Shown here: positions 9,690-20,229 of the stretch, piece by piece
How positions within the stretch are numbered: position 1 is the stretch's first letter
Layout of the letters: the number at the start of each line of letters is the position of its first letter
Source: an uncultured Candidatus Saccharibacteria bacterium
Lineage (GTDB): Bacteria > Patescibacteriota > Minisyncoccia > Spechtbacterales > 2-12-FULL-38-22
Length of the DNA stretch: 64,000 bases
Direction of reading: 5' to 3'
NCBI GenBank assembly: GCA_964393575.1
Contig: CAYMUG010000002.1
Span: 341 to 64,340, forward strand
Made by a program: the position numbers and the translations under genes
The notes under the pieces: generated by a model
Databases searched by the model: none
Told to the model about the DNA's origin: nothing
What the model saw: only the letters and a program-made list of their open reading frames with translations

Positions 9690-10790
9690 ATGAAAAACCC
9701 GCGGGTTGATATACATCTAATAGTGCAAAACGGAGAGAAGTACATTAGAAAATGCCTGGAACATGTAAAAGTCCAGGGATATTCAAATACAAAGGTTAGA
9801 ATATTTGATAATAACTCCTCAGATAACTCAATAAAAATAGCCAACGAAGTTATACCGGATGCCGAGGTTATTAATTTTGATAGAAATTATAGTTTGGGCG
9901 GAGGTTTTAATCGCAGTTTATATTTTTCCGATGCTCCATATGTTGTTTTACTGAGCGTTGATATTTTTATGCACGGAAATTTTACGGAAAACGCAGTCAA
10001 TGTGATGGAAGGTAAAGATACTGTAGGCGCTCTGCAGGCAAAAATATTTAAGTATGACTGGGATAAAGGTGGTTTTTCGCAAAAACAAAACCCAGAACCC
10101 GTAAAAGATCCGGGTAGAACATCTGTTATTGATACAACGGGAATGCAGATTTTTAAATCAGGACGAGTTATCAATAGAGGGCATGGCGAAGAAGATAAGG
10201 GGCAATATAATACAGCGGGTGCCGTCTTTTGCTATGAAGGCGCTGTCCCTATTTTTCGCAGAAGGGCGCTGGAAGAGGTAAAAATGCAAAAATTCCCGCC
10301 TTTTTACGCTCCATATACTGATAAAAAAGATGCATCAAAATATCCTTATGAATATCTGGACGAAGATTTTGTGTGGTATGCGGATGAGGTTGACTTAGGA
10401 TGGCGAATACGTTTATATGGATGGGAATCCTATTATAGTCCTGATGTAATTGCATGGCACGACAGACAGACAACCAAAAAATTATCAGGAGGACGTATAA
10501 ATTTTATTAAACAACGCAAAACAATACCTATCCGCAAAAGGCGGTTAGATTTTCGCAATTTACGCCTTACGTTTGTTAAAAACGGATTTTGGAGCAACAC
10601 CTTATTAACTCTCCCTTATACATTAAAACGCGAGATAATGCTGTTTGTTTATATTTTATTTTGGGAGAGAGGCACGCTTCGTGCTTATGCGGGAATTTTA
10701 AAAATGATGCCGAAAATATTAAAAAAAAGGGGTGTTATAATGAACTCCAAAAAGATATCCGCTAAAGAAATCAGATATTGGTTTAAATGA
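9690..10790 (+). CDS. Glycosyltransferase family 2
   Basis: IFDNNSSD, GGGFN, LDEDFVWYADEVDLGWR. Confidence 0.88.
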   Translation: MKNPRVDIHLIVQNGEKYIRKCLEHVKVQGYSNTKVRIFDNNSSDNSIKIANEVIPDAEVINFDRNYSLGGGFNRSLYFSDAPYVVLLSVDIFMHGNFTENAVNVMEGKDTVGALQAKIFKYDWDKGGFSQKQNPEPVKDPGRTSVIDTTGMQIFKSGRVINRGHGEEDKGQYNTAGAVFCYEGAVPIFRRRALEEVKMQKFPPFYAPYTDKKDASKYPYEYLDEDFVWYADEVDLGWRIRLYGWESYYSPDVIAWHDRQTTKKLSGGRINFIKQRKTIPIRKRRLDFRNLRLTFVKNGFWSNTLLTLPYTLKREIMLFVYILFWERGTLRAYAGILKMMPKILKKRGVIMNSKKISAKEIRYWFK

Positions 10791-11875
10791 GTAAAAAAAA
10801 GAAAATTACAATCTCTGCTGTGTTAGCTACTGTCTTACTTCTGGGAATGGGAGCACTGTTTTTACATAGCTCTTCTAATGTTGTGACAGTAAAAGGTAAT
10901 GCTGATGTAGGAAAATATGAGAATTTTAGTGTTGAACAAAAAGACGAGCGTGTTAACGTTCTTGTCTTGGGTATGAGAGGTGCGGGTAACGGCGAAAACG
11001 GAGCACTTTTAGCGGATAGTATTATGCTTTTTAGTTTCGATAAAGAAAAAGAGGAGGCAGCTATGATTTCTGTACCCAGAGATTTATATGTTAAAATTCC
11101 GGAACACCCTAATAAAGAAAAAATTAATTATGCGTATGCGCTGGGTGAACAAAGAAGTCCCGGCGGAGGCGGACTTAGCTTAACGAAAGAAGTTGTTCAA
11201 TATGTTACCGGTGTACATATAGACCATGCTGTAGTTGCTAATTTTGAGGGTTTTGAGGAGGTAGTTGATATAGTAGGCGGAGTGGAGGTTTATCGTGATA
11301 GGCCTTTTTATGAATCACAACAATGGCAGTTTGAAGGAAATCCCAATAGTCCTTATTGGTTTAAACAGCAGAATACTGCAACAAACGACACTTCTTCTTT
11401 GGAAGAAAATGCTACGGGTACATCTTCCGAAAATCCGCCGGAATATTGGGTGTTTCATGTTCCGGCAGGTCGCAGTGTGCTTGACGGAGAATCCGCTCTC
11501 TATTACGTGCGTTCCCGCTTTACGAGTAATGACTTTGAACGCATGGAAAGACAACAAGAGGTCATGAAATCTCTAAAATCAAAGATTTTTTCACTGGGCA
11601 TTTTAAGCAACCCTTCAAAAGTATTTCAGATTTTGGATAGCTTGGGCAGAAATGTTAGAACTGATATGAGTTTGGGAGAAATAAACGAAGTGATTTCTCT
11701 GGCACAACAGCACTCGGATATGGATATCAAATCGATAACGCTGGATACATCCGAAAACGGAATGCTGCGTTCAAAAACATCACCCCAAGGCGCTTACATT
11801 CTTGTGCCTAAAACAGGGGAATTTGATAAAATAAGGGAGGAAATTAAAAATATTTTTAATAACAATCAACAATGA
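10787..11875 (+). CDS. LCP (LytR-CpsA-Psr) family glycopolymer transferase
   Basis: ADSIML, SVPRDLYV, KINYAY, YVRSR, DFERMERQQ. Confidence 0.93.
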   Translation: MSKKKKITISAVLATVLLLGMGALFLHSSSNVVTVKGNADVGKYENFSVEQKDERVNVLVLGMRGAGNGENGALLADSIMLFSFDKEKEEAAMISVPRDLYVKIPEHPNKEKINYAYALGEQRSPGGGGLSLTKEVVQYVTGVHIDHAVVANFEGFEEVVDIVGGVEVYRDRPFYESQQWQFEGNPNSPYWFKQQNTATNDTSSLEENATGTSSENPPEYWVFHVPAGRSVLDGESALYYVRSRFTSNDFERMERQQEVMKSLKSKIFSLGILSNPSKVFQILDSLGRNVRTDMSLGEINEVISLAQQHSDMDIKSITLDTSENGMLRSKTSPQGAYILVPKTGEFDKIREEIKNIFNNNQQ

Positions 11876-13086
11876 TTTCATCATCTAAAAAATCACGTTT
11901 TTTTCTCGGTTTTGCCGTTATTGTTTTTATACTTTTAGCTTTTGCCGGAGGTTTTCTGATAGGTCAACGACATCCTTCTGATAGTGACAAAAAAGAGCAG
12001 CTTGATTTGAGTAGTATTTTTAACAACGAAGAAGATGTCAAGTTTTCTCTGGTAAGAGATGCATGGGATATTATTCACAATAAATATGTGGACTCGGAAG
12101 AATTGGATGACAGAAAGTTAATTTTTGGTGCAATCAAGGGAATGGTTAAAGAGGTAGATGACCCTTTTACGGTATTCTTTAATAAAGAGGAAACCAAGCA
12201 GTTTGAAAGCAGTGTTAAAGGTAAATTTGGGGGTGTTGGTATAGAAATTACTATGAGAGAAGGCCAGCTCACTGTTGTATCTCCTATACGCGGCACTCCG
12301 GCGTTTGAAGCAGGGGTTGAAGCGGAAGACAAAATTATTAAAATAGATGGTGAAAATACTGAAGGAATAAAATTAGAAGAAGCTGTTTCAAAAATTAGAG
12401 GAGATGAAGGAACCACTGTTGTACTTACAGTAGAGCGCAGCGATGGAGAAGTTCTGGATATTCCTATTGAACGCGATATTATTAAGGTGCCCAACATTGA
12501 TTGGCAAATCCTGGAAGACGGAGTTGCTTATATAGAGATAAAACAGTTTTCCGAACCTACAGCACGTGATTTTAAAAAAGCAGCACAGAATGTACTTGAA
12601 TCAAATGCGGATAAAATTATTATAGATGTGCGCAATAACCCGGGCGGATTTTTGGACAGAGCTATAGATGTTTCAGGTTGGTTCATAGAAAAGGATAAAG
12701 TAGTTGTATATGAAAAAAGAGGTCCGAATAAAAAAATAACACACACCAGCTCAGGACCTAATTCATTTGAGGGTTTTAAAGTAGTGGTATTGCAAAACAA
12801 GGGTTCTGCCTCCGCTTCTGAGATTTTTGCCGGAGCATTACGCGACCATGAAAAAGCAACAATCATCGGGGAAAAAAGTTTCGGCAAAGGGTCTGTGCAA
12901 TCGTTTGAGAATTTAGCAGGAAATACCGGACTTAAAGTGACTATAGCAAAATGGTTTACGCCTTCTAATGAAATAATTAACGATAAAGGTATTACGCCGG
13001 ATATCAAAGTAGAATTGACACAAGAAGATGCTGAGGCAGGGAGAGACCCTCAGAAAAATAGAGCTATTGAATTTTTGAAGAATTAA
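11872..13086 (+). CDS. ctpA: Carboxyl-terminal processing protease (S41, PDZ)
   Basis: GVGI PDZ entry, DVRNNPGG, SASASEI, FGKGSVQ. Confidence 0.93.
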   Translation: MISSSKKSRFFLGFAVIVFILLAFAGGFLIGQRHPSDSDKKEQLDLSSIFNNEEDVKFSLVRDAWDIIHNKYVDSEELDDRKLIFGAIKGMVKEVDDPFTVFFNKEETKQFESSVKGKFGGVGIEITMREGQLTVVSPIRGTPAFEAGVEAEDKIIKIDGENTEGIKLEEAVSKIRGDEGTTVVLTVERSDGEVLDIPIERDIIKVPNIDWQILEDGVAYIEIKQFSEPTARDFKKAAQNVLESNADKIIIDVRNNPGGFLDRAIDVSGWFIEKDKVVVYEKRGPNKKITHTSSGPNSFEGFKVVVLQNKGSASASEIFAGALRDHEKATIIGEKSFGKGSVQSFENLAGNTGLKVTIAKWFTPSNEIINDKGITPDIKVELTQEDAEAGRDPQKNRAIEFLKN

Positions 13087-13102
13087 TTTATCATGTTTGT
13101 AT

Positions 13103-14050
13103 ATGAATTTTACCGAAATGTATAAAGAGGCAGTGCGCTTGGGCATGGAAGCGGATCCACGAGGCAGGGAAGCGCCTCAAAAAACACTGCAAGAAAATAA
13201 AAATAAATACGAAGGGTCTTCGGAAAAAGATAAAGAATTTTTTGATACAGAAGGTCTTGAAAATCCCTATCCGGATACAAGGATACTCTATCGCCCGGAA
13301 GAAGATCCTGATATTAAAAAAATAATAGCGGGTATTGATATAGATGCCGGAGAGTTACAGGTTGCAAAAGCTATGCAGGACATAGACGCTGTATTTTCTC
13401 ACCACCCCCGAGGAAAAGCATTGGCTTCTTTAGGCGAAGTTATGCCTATGCAGGCAGAGATATTGAATATGTATGGTGTACCCATAAATGTAGCCGAAGC
13501 TCTTCTTGAAAAAAGAATCTCGGAAGTATCGAGAGGTCTTTCTCCGGGAAACCATTTTCGTTCTGTAGATATTGCCCGTTTACTGCATATGCCTTTTGCA
13601 TGTACTCATACTGTAACGGACAATATGGCGTACCAATTCCTTAAAAAAGAAGTGGAAGATAAAGAACCTGAAAAAGTTGGAGATATTTTTGATATGCTTT
13701 TGGATGTCCCCGAATACAAAAAAGCTGAAAATATGGGTCTCGGTCCTAAATTATTTTCCGGCAAAAAAGAAAATAGAGCAGGCAAAATTGCGGTTACCGA
13801 AGTAACCGGAGGAACTGAAGGCGCTAAAGATATTTATGAAAAAATGGCAAATGCAGGCGTGGGAACAATTATAGCCATGCATCAGTCAGAACAACACAGA
13901 GAAAATGCGGAAAAAGCACACATTAATGTTATAATCTCGGGACATATGAGTTCCGATTCTATGGGTATGAATCAATTATTGGATTATTATGAAAGAAATG
14001 GTATAGGTGTGGTCCCTGCAGGTGGTTTAATAAGAGTATCGCGCAATTAA
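13103..14050 (+). CDS. NIF3-like metal-binding protein
   Basis: NPYPDTRIL, SHHP, HTVTDN, GHMSSDS. Confidence 0.75.
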   Translation: MNFTEMYKEAVRLGMEADPRGREAPQKTLQENKNKYEGSSEKDKEFFDTEGLENPYPDTRILYRPEEDPDIKKIIAGIDIDAGELQVAKAMQDIDAVFSHHPRGKALASLGEVMPMQAEILNMYGVPINVAEALLEKRISEVSRGLSPGNHFRSVDIARLLHMPFACTHTVTDNMAYQFLKKEVEDKEPEKVGDIFDMLLDVPEYKKAENMGLGPKLFSGKKENRAGKIAVTEVTGGTEGAKDIYEKMANAGVGTIIAMHQSEQHRENAEKAHINVIISGHMSSDSMGMNQLLDYYERNGIGVVPAGGLIRVSRN

Positions 14051-14159
14051 GCTCACCGCCACCGGCGGTTCGCACATTTGACCATTAACCATTGACAGAT
14101 ATACTTACACCGCAAGCATCAAAGGTCAAAGGTTAAATGTTTTTGTGAACGTAGCGAAC
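14051..14159 (+). repeat. Structured leader element
   Basis: Begins at the base after the stop codon (GCTCAC...GTTCGCA) and ends GTGAACGTAGCGAAC, 6 nt before the rplI ATG. Confidence 0.75.
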
Positions 14160-14165
14160 AAAATT

Positions 14166-14615
14166 ATGAAAGTTATATTATTAAAAGACGTAAAAAATTT
14201 AGGAAAACAGGGTGATGTAAAAGAAGTAAAAAACGGTTACGCCCGCAATTTTCTCATTCCACAGGGTCTGGCCAAAGCTGCCACAAAGAGCGCATTAAAA
14301 CAACACGAAAACGAATTAAAGTTTCGTGAAGAAAAGGGCATGCAAGAACTTAAGGAAGTTGAGAAATTAGCGGAGCAACTGGAGGGTCATGAAGTTATGA
14401 TCAAAGAAAAAGCTAACGAAGAAGGTAAATTATACGCTGCAGTTGACGAGGAAAAGATAAAAGAGGTTCTTGGCAATGAAAACACTACGATAAAAGCGGA
14501 ATGGGTGAAGTTGGACAAAAAAATAAAAGAAACAGGGGAGTATGAGGTTAAATTAGAATTTGACCATGGCATTGAAGCAAATATCAAAGTTATAATAGAA
14601 AAAAAGGAAGAATAG
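14166..14615 (+). CDS. rplI: 50S ribosomal protein L9
   Basis: [32 protein letters not shown]. Confidence 0.96.
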   Translation: MKVILLKDVKNLGKQGDVKEVKNGYARNFLIPQGLAKAATKSALKQHENELKFREEKGMQELKEVEKLAEQLEGHEVMIKEKANEEGKLYAAVDEEKIKEVLGNENTTIKAEWVKLDKKIKETGEYEVKLEFDHGIEANIKVIIEKKEE

Positions 14616-14709
14616 AATATAAAATTATTCTCCACCATCCTCGTTAGGTGTGTTTATCTGTTATAATAAAAACACGAGCACGCTTACAATTTTTGAATTT
14701 TAATCATTT

Positions 14710-16353
14710 ATGAAATTTATTTTTGTAACGGGAGGTGTAATGAGCGGAGTAGGAAAAGGTGTTGCTACTTCCTCTATAGGCGCGCTTTTAAAGGCGCGCG
14801 GTTTTAATGTAACACTGGTTAAAATAGACCCTTATATTAATGTGGACGCAGGTACAATGAATCCTATTGAGCATGGCGAGGTTTTTGTGACAGATGATGG
14901 AGTAGAATGCGACCAGGATTTAGGTAATTATGAACGGTTTTTAAACATAAGTTTATCTTCTACTAATTATATGACGACAGGAAGGGTATATAATTCCGTT
15001 ATTAATAAAGAAAGGAACCTGGAATACGGAGGTAAGACAGTGGAAGTGGTGCCTCATATACCCGAAGAGGTTATAAAAAGAATTAAAAAAGCCGGAAAAG
15101 AAAAGAATGCAGATTTTGTTATGGTGGAAGTGGGAGGCACTATAGGAGAGTATCAGAACTTGCTTTTTCTTGAAGCGGCCAGAATGCTTCACCTGAGACA
15201 ACCTAAAGATGTACTTTATGCTTTGATCACCTATCTTCCCCGACCCAAAATGATAGGGGAAATGAAAACAAAACCCACTCAATATGCAGTACGAGCTTTG
15301 AATTCCGCGGGTATACAACCGGATATTATCGTCGCGAGAAGTGAAGAAGAATTAGATACACCCCGAAAGAAAAAAATTGCTACTTTCTGTAATATGGAAG
15401 ACCATGCTATTATTTCCGCGCCGGACATTAAGACCAGTATTTACGAAATTCCTTTAAACTTTGAAAAAGAGGATGTGGGAAAAATCATTTTGAACCGTTT
15501 CGGTATGCGTGAGCGGCCAACCGACCTTTCGGAGTGGCAGAAATTAGTCCGAAAAATTCATACATCCTTAGAAAAAAAGGAAAAAGGCGATACTATTAAT
15601 ATAGGGGTTGCGGGTAAATATTTTGAAACCGGAGAATTTATACTTTCCGACGCCTATCTTTCTGTGATAGAAGCAATTAAACACGCGGCCTGGGATCACA
15701 ATGTGGCTGTAAATATTGATTGGCTGAATGCAGAAGATTATGAGGTGACAAATAAAACCACTAACCTTAAGAAATTATCAAAATATAATGGCATAATAGT
15801 GCCCGGCGGATTCGGAAGTCGCGGCACGGAGGGAAAAATTAATGTGATAAAATATGCGCGGGAAAACAATATTCCGTTTTTGGGTCTGTGTTATGGCATG
15901 CAATTAGCCACCGTAGAATTTGCTCGTAATATTTGCGGTTTAGAGAAAGCGGATTCCACCGAAATAAAAAAAGACGCAAAACACCCTGTTATAGACGTAA
16001 TGCCGGAGCAAAAAGTAAATCTGCGAAAAAAATACTTTGGCGCAACAATGCGCCTCGGAGCTTATAATTGCAACCTAAAGCCGGGCACACTAACCTATAA
16101 AGCTTATCAAAATACTAACAGAGTATCGGAGCGTCATAGGCACAGATATGAATTTAACAATGAATATAAAGATGCCCTAGAGAAGGGAGGGCTTATTTCA
16201 AGCGGCATCAATCCCGAAAAAAATTTAGTGGAAGCTATAGAGGTGCCCGGCCACAAGTTTTTTGTGGGAACCCAGTTTCACCCCGAGTTTAAAAGCAGGC
16301 CGTTCACCCCACACCCTCTTTTTAAAGAGTTTATCAATGCAGCTAAGCGATAA
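14710..16353 (+). CDS. pyrG: CTP synthase
   Basis: GGVMSGVGKG, KIDPYIN, KTKPTQ, GLCYGMQ, QFHPEF. Confidence 0.98.
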   Translation: MKFIFVTGGVMSGVGKGVATSSIGALLKARGFNVTLVKIDPYINVDAGTMNPIEHGEVFVTDDGVECDQDLGNYERFLNISLSSTNYMTTGRVYNSVINKERNLEYGGKTVEVVPHIPEEVIKRIKKAGKEKNADFVMVEVGGTIGEYQNLLFLEAARMLHLRQPKDVLYALITYLPRPKMIGEMKTKPTQYAVRALNSAGIQPDIIVARSEEELDTPRKKKIATFCNMEDHAIISAPDIKTSIYEIPLNFEKEDVGKIILNRFGMRERPTDLSEWQKLVRKIHTSLEKKEKGDTINIGVAGKYFETGEFILSDAYLSVIEAIKHAAWDHNVAVNIDWLNAEDYEVTNKTTNLKKLSKYNGIIVPGGFGSRGTEGKINVIKYARENNIPFLGLCYGMQLATVEFARNICGLEKADSTEIKKDAKHPVIDVMPEQKVNLRKKYFGATMRLGAYNCNLKPGTLTYKAYQNTNRVSERHRHRYEFNNEYKDALEKGGLISSGINPEKNLVEAIEVPGHKFFVGTQFHPEFKSRPFTPHPLFKEFINAAKR

Positions 16354-16420
16354 ATTCTACTTACAAAACAAAAAATAACAAGTTGTCTTTGTTAGTCGGT
16401 TCTATTGTAACAACCACTAA

Positions 16421-16455
16421 AAAGGTCGGCTAAACCAATGGTTTAGCCGACCTTT
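16421..16455. terminator. REP-like bidirectional terminator
   Basis: AAAGGTCGGCTAAACC-AAT-GGTTTAGCCGACCTTT between convergent pyrG and rpmA. Confidence 0.8.
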
Positions 16456-16482
16456 GTTCACCAAGAAAAGATGTAGAGATTG

Positions 16483-16755
16483 TTATAACACTTCTATAAC
16501 CGTTGCTTTTCTTTGAGTGCCGTCAAATTTTGTTTTCCGTATTTTTTTGAAGTGCACTACACCTTGACGCTTTGCATATAAGGTGTCGTCAGCACCTATG
16601 CGTACATTTTGCCCGGGTATATACTTTGTGCCTCTTTGACGCACAAGAATCATTCCTGCTTGTGCTTTTTGACCGCTAAATAATTTTACGCCCAAGCGCT
16701 TAGATGCTGAATCTCTTCCTAGTTTTGTTGATCCTGATGCTTTTGTTTTCGCCAT
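16483..16755 (-). CDS. rpmA: 50S ribosomal protein L27
   Basis: [22 protein letters not shown]. Confidence 0.96.
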   Translation of the reverse strand: MAKTKASGSTKLGRDSASKRLGVKLFSGQKAQAGMILVRQRGTKYIPGQNVRIGADDTLYAKRQGVVHFKKIRKTKFDGTQRKATVIEVL

Positions 16756-16763
16756 GATTATTT

Positions 16764-16902
16764 GTTCGGCTCCGCCTCACAAAAACATTTGACAATTGAC
16801 TTTTAACCTTTGACTGTGCTCGTTTTGCGAGCGCTCGGAAGATCGCGGGACGATTTTGTCAGGAGTCAGGTGTCGAATGTTAGATGTGCTGGTAGAGTGA
16901 GC
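16764..16902 (-). repeat. Structured leader element
   Basis: About 140 nt, alignable end-to-end with 36052-36187; lies between a TACAAT -10 box and the rpmA start. Confidence 0.8.
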
Positions 16903-16937
16903 TTGCCGAAGGATTGTATTAATGCTATTTTATTCTC

Positions 16938-17273
16938 ATGAATTTTTTTGAGAATAATAAAAAAGAATTATTCAATGCGACCCTTATAGGATTAGGGATA
17001 ATTACGGTATTCTCTCTGGGGTATTTTACCGCGAATTTAATTAATGTGCAAAAATCCCCTATAGAAGTTGACCAGTTAGATTATACGGATAAAAACAATA
17101 AAAATCAAGTCCCTAAAGAAGGTAGGGTCGTAGGCAGCGTGAATTCTGATAAATATCATTATACTGACTGTCCCGGCGCCCAAATGATAAATAAAGAAAA
17201 TAAAATATTTTTCGCGAGCGTAAAAGAAGCACAAGACGCGGGATACCAACTTGCTGCAAATTGCAACAAATAA
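16938..17273 (+). CDS. Membrane-anchored protein with Ada-metal-binding-like domain
   Basis: TM helix, then GSVNSDKYHYTDC...INKENKIFF...GY..AANC. Confidence 0.8.
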   Translation: MNFFENNKKELFNATLIGLGIITVFSLGYFTANLINVQKSPIEVDQLDYTDKNNKNQVPKEGRVVGSVNSDKYHYTDCPGAQMINKENKIFFASVKEAQDAGYQLAANCNK

Positions 17274-17400
17274 TAATCAATAACTAATAATCGCTAACAT
17301 TATAATTTCCAATTGATTGAGGGGGTTTTTTATTTTTTGATTTAAATAAAAAACCCCCCGCTTTTTTTGCAGAAAAGCGGGGAGTGTGAAAAGAACAAAA

Positions 17401-18552
17401 TCAGTCGTAGCACTCTTTTATTTCTTCCTCCGCGGGTTTATTCAAAGGAGTGAAGGTCGCATCTTCTTCAGGATTTGGAGGAGACCAGATATTTGCAGCC
17501 CACCAGTATATACCGTCTATGTATGGCTTCCAGGCATCACAAGATGCCTTATAAAACTTTCTCTGTGCTTCTAAGCTAATCGGTGTTCCGTGGTCCCATC
17601 TCCAGCTATACTGCCACGAACCTCTTTGAGAGGTAGTGCCCATTTCTGATATCACCAGAGGCTTGTTCAGTGCTTGTGCCCTCTCTATCTGCCTCTGTAC
17701 TATTTGGCTCCATTCTTGTCTTATCTTTTGCGGCGAAGACCCTATAGGCGCGTTAAGTTGAAAAAAAGCATCCATAGAGATAAAATCTAAGTCGTTCCAC
17801 GGCATTCCATTCTCTATGTTTCTGTTGACGGAATAAGTCAACTGTCCGCTGAATTTATTTCTTGCGTTTTCAATAAATTCACGCCAGCGGTCTGTATATT
17901 TTTCCATAGATACCAGCTCTGCACCTATGGTGAATATATCCGCGTTTGTTTGTTCGCCGAGTTGGGCGTACTCAAGTAAAAGTTCTTGGTAGTTACCAAA
18001 CCAGTCGTCTATATCTGCAGGTTCAATGGTGCCGCGCCATTCGCCCGTGCCTTCTATGTTTTCTTCATCAATTATAGGACGCAAATTAACTGTGAAGTTT
18101 CTTTCTTTCGCTTTAGTGATAAAAAGTTTTATCGCATTAGTTGAAGGCGTCTTTTCATTGTGCTTCCAAAACTCTGTTCCGTGTAATCCGTCCTGAAACA
18201 CGGGCCAGTTTAAGCTCAAGCTGTTTATTTCCAAGCTTATCAATCTGTCAAAAAGACGGTTCAGTTTTCTATTCAACTCATCCATACCAGAATAGTCCGT
18301 TCCATATAACAATACCGCGATACCTGCGTGGAAGTCACTCTCTTTCTCGCGCGGATCTTTAACTTTTTTTATCGGGATAGAAGTAGGCGTAGGTGTAGGT
18401 GTGGGCGCGATTTTTATACGACCCTTTTTCTCTTCTGTAGATTGTTGCTCGTCGTTTTGCTCGAATTGGCTTTGGCTTCCATCGTCTCTTACCAGAAATA
18501 TTCCACCTACAATGAAAACAACAGCTATAGCTACTAATGCGACTGTTTTCAT
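17401..18552 (-). CDS. Membrane-anchored GH113-like glycoside hydrolase
   Basis: LRP, WRG, IGAEL (acid/base), ISEMG (nucleophile), GIYWW; PT-rich linker. Confidence 0.75.
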   Translation of the reverse strand: MKTVALVAIAVVFIVGGIFLVRDDGSQSQFEQNDEQQSTEEKKGRIKIAPTPTPTPTSIPIKKVKDPREKESDFHAGIAVLLYGTDYSGMDELNRKLNRLFDRLISLEINSLSLNWPVFQDGLHGTEFWKHNEKTPSTNAIKLFITKAKERNFTVNLRPIIDEENIEGTGEWRGTIEPADIDDWFGNYQELLLEYAQLGEQTNADIFTIGAELVSMEKYTDRWREFIENARNKFSGQLTYSVNRNIENGMPWNDLDFISMDAFFQLNAPIGSSPQKIRQEWSQIVQRQIERAQALNKPLVISEMGTTSQRGSWQYSWRWDHGTPISLEAQRKFYKASCDAWKPYIDGIYWWAANIWSPPNPEEDATFTPLNKPAEEEIKECYD

Positions 18553-18561
18553 CTTTTCTCC

Positions 18562-20040
18562 TTACTTGGTTTTGTTGATAACTTCAAAGGAATAGTTTTT
18601 CTTTAAAAAACGCCATATTCCCAAAAAAGCTGAAAATGCCTCCACCGCTGTAAACGCGTAAACGAGCGGAGCCATTATTAAGGTGTCTGTCAGGTTCTTT
18701 AACTTGTGGCTTCTATTACAAATAAGACCCCCGAAGAGCAAAGTCCCTAATCCGAACTTTTTTCTTCTGGTAAATTTCGATACACTTCTGTTGATGCGCA
18801 GTCCCTCGCTGTATGCCCATATAAAATAGGCGAGCGTAAAACTCCAAATTAAAACTACCCAGTTAGATACAGGGGAGGTGTTTCCTATGCCCGTAAAATG
18901 TGATACGAGCAGCACAACTCCCACAAACTGAAACGGACCCAGAGCCCAAGTGATCACGGTGTACATAAGCGGAGCCCGTGTCTTGAAGGGTAGGTCACGT
19001 TTAAAAATAAGGTCTATCAGGCCCGCTGCCCATCGCCTTCTCTGACGGACAAAATCTCTAATAGTGTCAGGAGAAGCTCCGTAAGAAAATGAATTTAGCG
19101 CTTTAGACTTTCCCGGATATTTCCGGGAAAACTCAAGTCCAAAATAAGCATCTTCTACGAGGGTACTACCGAAATCCCATCCGATTTCTTCTTCTATGTC
19201 TGCTCTAATCAGAAGATGCTCTCCGTGTAAACCCGCAAGAGGGGTGCCAAAATCTTCAGTAAACAAACCGAATCGGCTTTTGTCATCCATCGGCCGCACG
19301 CTATCAGCCATGCGACAAAATCTTGATGCAGAAAGTTCTTTGGGAAAAGTCAGAATTCCCTGAGCCAAGTACTTTAATCCGTGGTACTTATCTATGAACT
19401 CTGCTATGGACGCGACTGTATCTGCGCCTACATGTGTATCATCATCCAGATGATACACATATGTGTCCTTTGTATGAAGGTTGAGTTCACGCCTAATAAG
19501 TATCCCGAAATGAGAAGCTCGAGCTTTAGCATTTGTATTTCGGGGAGTTTTATAGTCATGGGGAATAGTAATAACACGGATATTTTCAGAAAAGTGTAGA
19601 GAAGCAATCCATATTTTTAGTTCCTCTCTATACTCCGCTTTTTCTTCAACAAGGATATGAACTTCCCAATCATTTATATTGTTGGGAGCATGTTTTACAA
19701 CAGATTCGACCACTCTTTGAAGAGCGGGAAAAGTGTCTTTTCGGCAAACAGTCGGCACTAAGAATATAACCCTTTTTTCAGTTACTCCGCTATACGAAGA
19801 TACCTCAACATCATCATTTCTTGCCACCCTTATAAAACCTATCAAAGCGACAGGGCAATACAGCGACCAAACGAAAGTAAGGTACCAGTTCAAAAACGTG
19901 TTTTCCGGAGTTGCGATGTAAAATGAAATCGCTACTGCGATTAGGTATAAAATCAGAAACTTATATACATTTAAGCCTAAAACACGTTGGTTATCCTGTA
20001 TATCTGAAGCGGGTATTGCCGGATTCGCTGCTTGAGCCAC
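18562..20040 (-). CDS. Egghead/BRE-3-like membrane GT2 (beta-1,4-mannosyltransferase-like)
   Basis: KARA, HLDDDT, RPMDD, VEDA, QRRRW; GTG start at 20040 follows AAGGAGG. Confidence 0.75.
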   Translation of the reverse strand: MAQAANPAIPASDIQDNQRVLGLNVYKFLILYLIAVAISFYIATPENTFLNWYLTFVWSLYCPVALIGFIRVARNDDVEVSSYSGVTEKRVIFLVPTVCRKDTFPALQRVVESVVKHAPNNINDWEVHILVEEKAEYREELKIWIASLHFSENIRVITIPHDYKTPRNTNAKARASHFGILIRRELNLHTKDTYVYHLDDDTHVGADTVASIAEFIDKYHGLKYLAQGILTFPKELSASRFCRMADSVRPMDDKSRFGLFTEDFGTPLAGLHGEHLLIRADIEEEIGWDFGSTLVEDAYFGLEFSRKYPGKSKALNSFSYGASPDTIRDFVRQRRRWAAGLIDLIFKRDLPFKTRAPLMYTVITWALGPFQFVGVVLLVSHFTGIGNTSPVSNWVVLIWSFTLAYFIWAYSEGLRINRSVSKFTRRKKFGLGTLLFGGLICNRSHKLKNLTDTLIMAPLVYAFTAVEAFSAFLGIWRFLKKNYSFEVINKTK

Positions 20041-20146
20041 GCTACGCCTCCTTATTTTTGCTGGGAAAGTCGGAAGGTTTGCGTTGTTAATGTGCAGACA
20101 ATGACGATAACACATCTAATGTATAAAGTCAAATATGTACACATTG

Positions 20147-20175
20147 TTGACATTATTAATCGTAGGGTATATAAT
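20147..20175 (+). promoter_or_regulatory. Sigma70-type promoter
   Basis: TTGACA-17 nt-TATAAT; a divergent TTGACT-17 nt-TATCGT lies just to its left. Confidence 0.7.
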
Positions 20176-20229
20176 TAAGTGTCTTTAACAGTGCACGTTT
20201 AGTATTAAAAGTTAAAATTAAAGTAAAAT

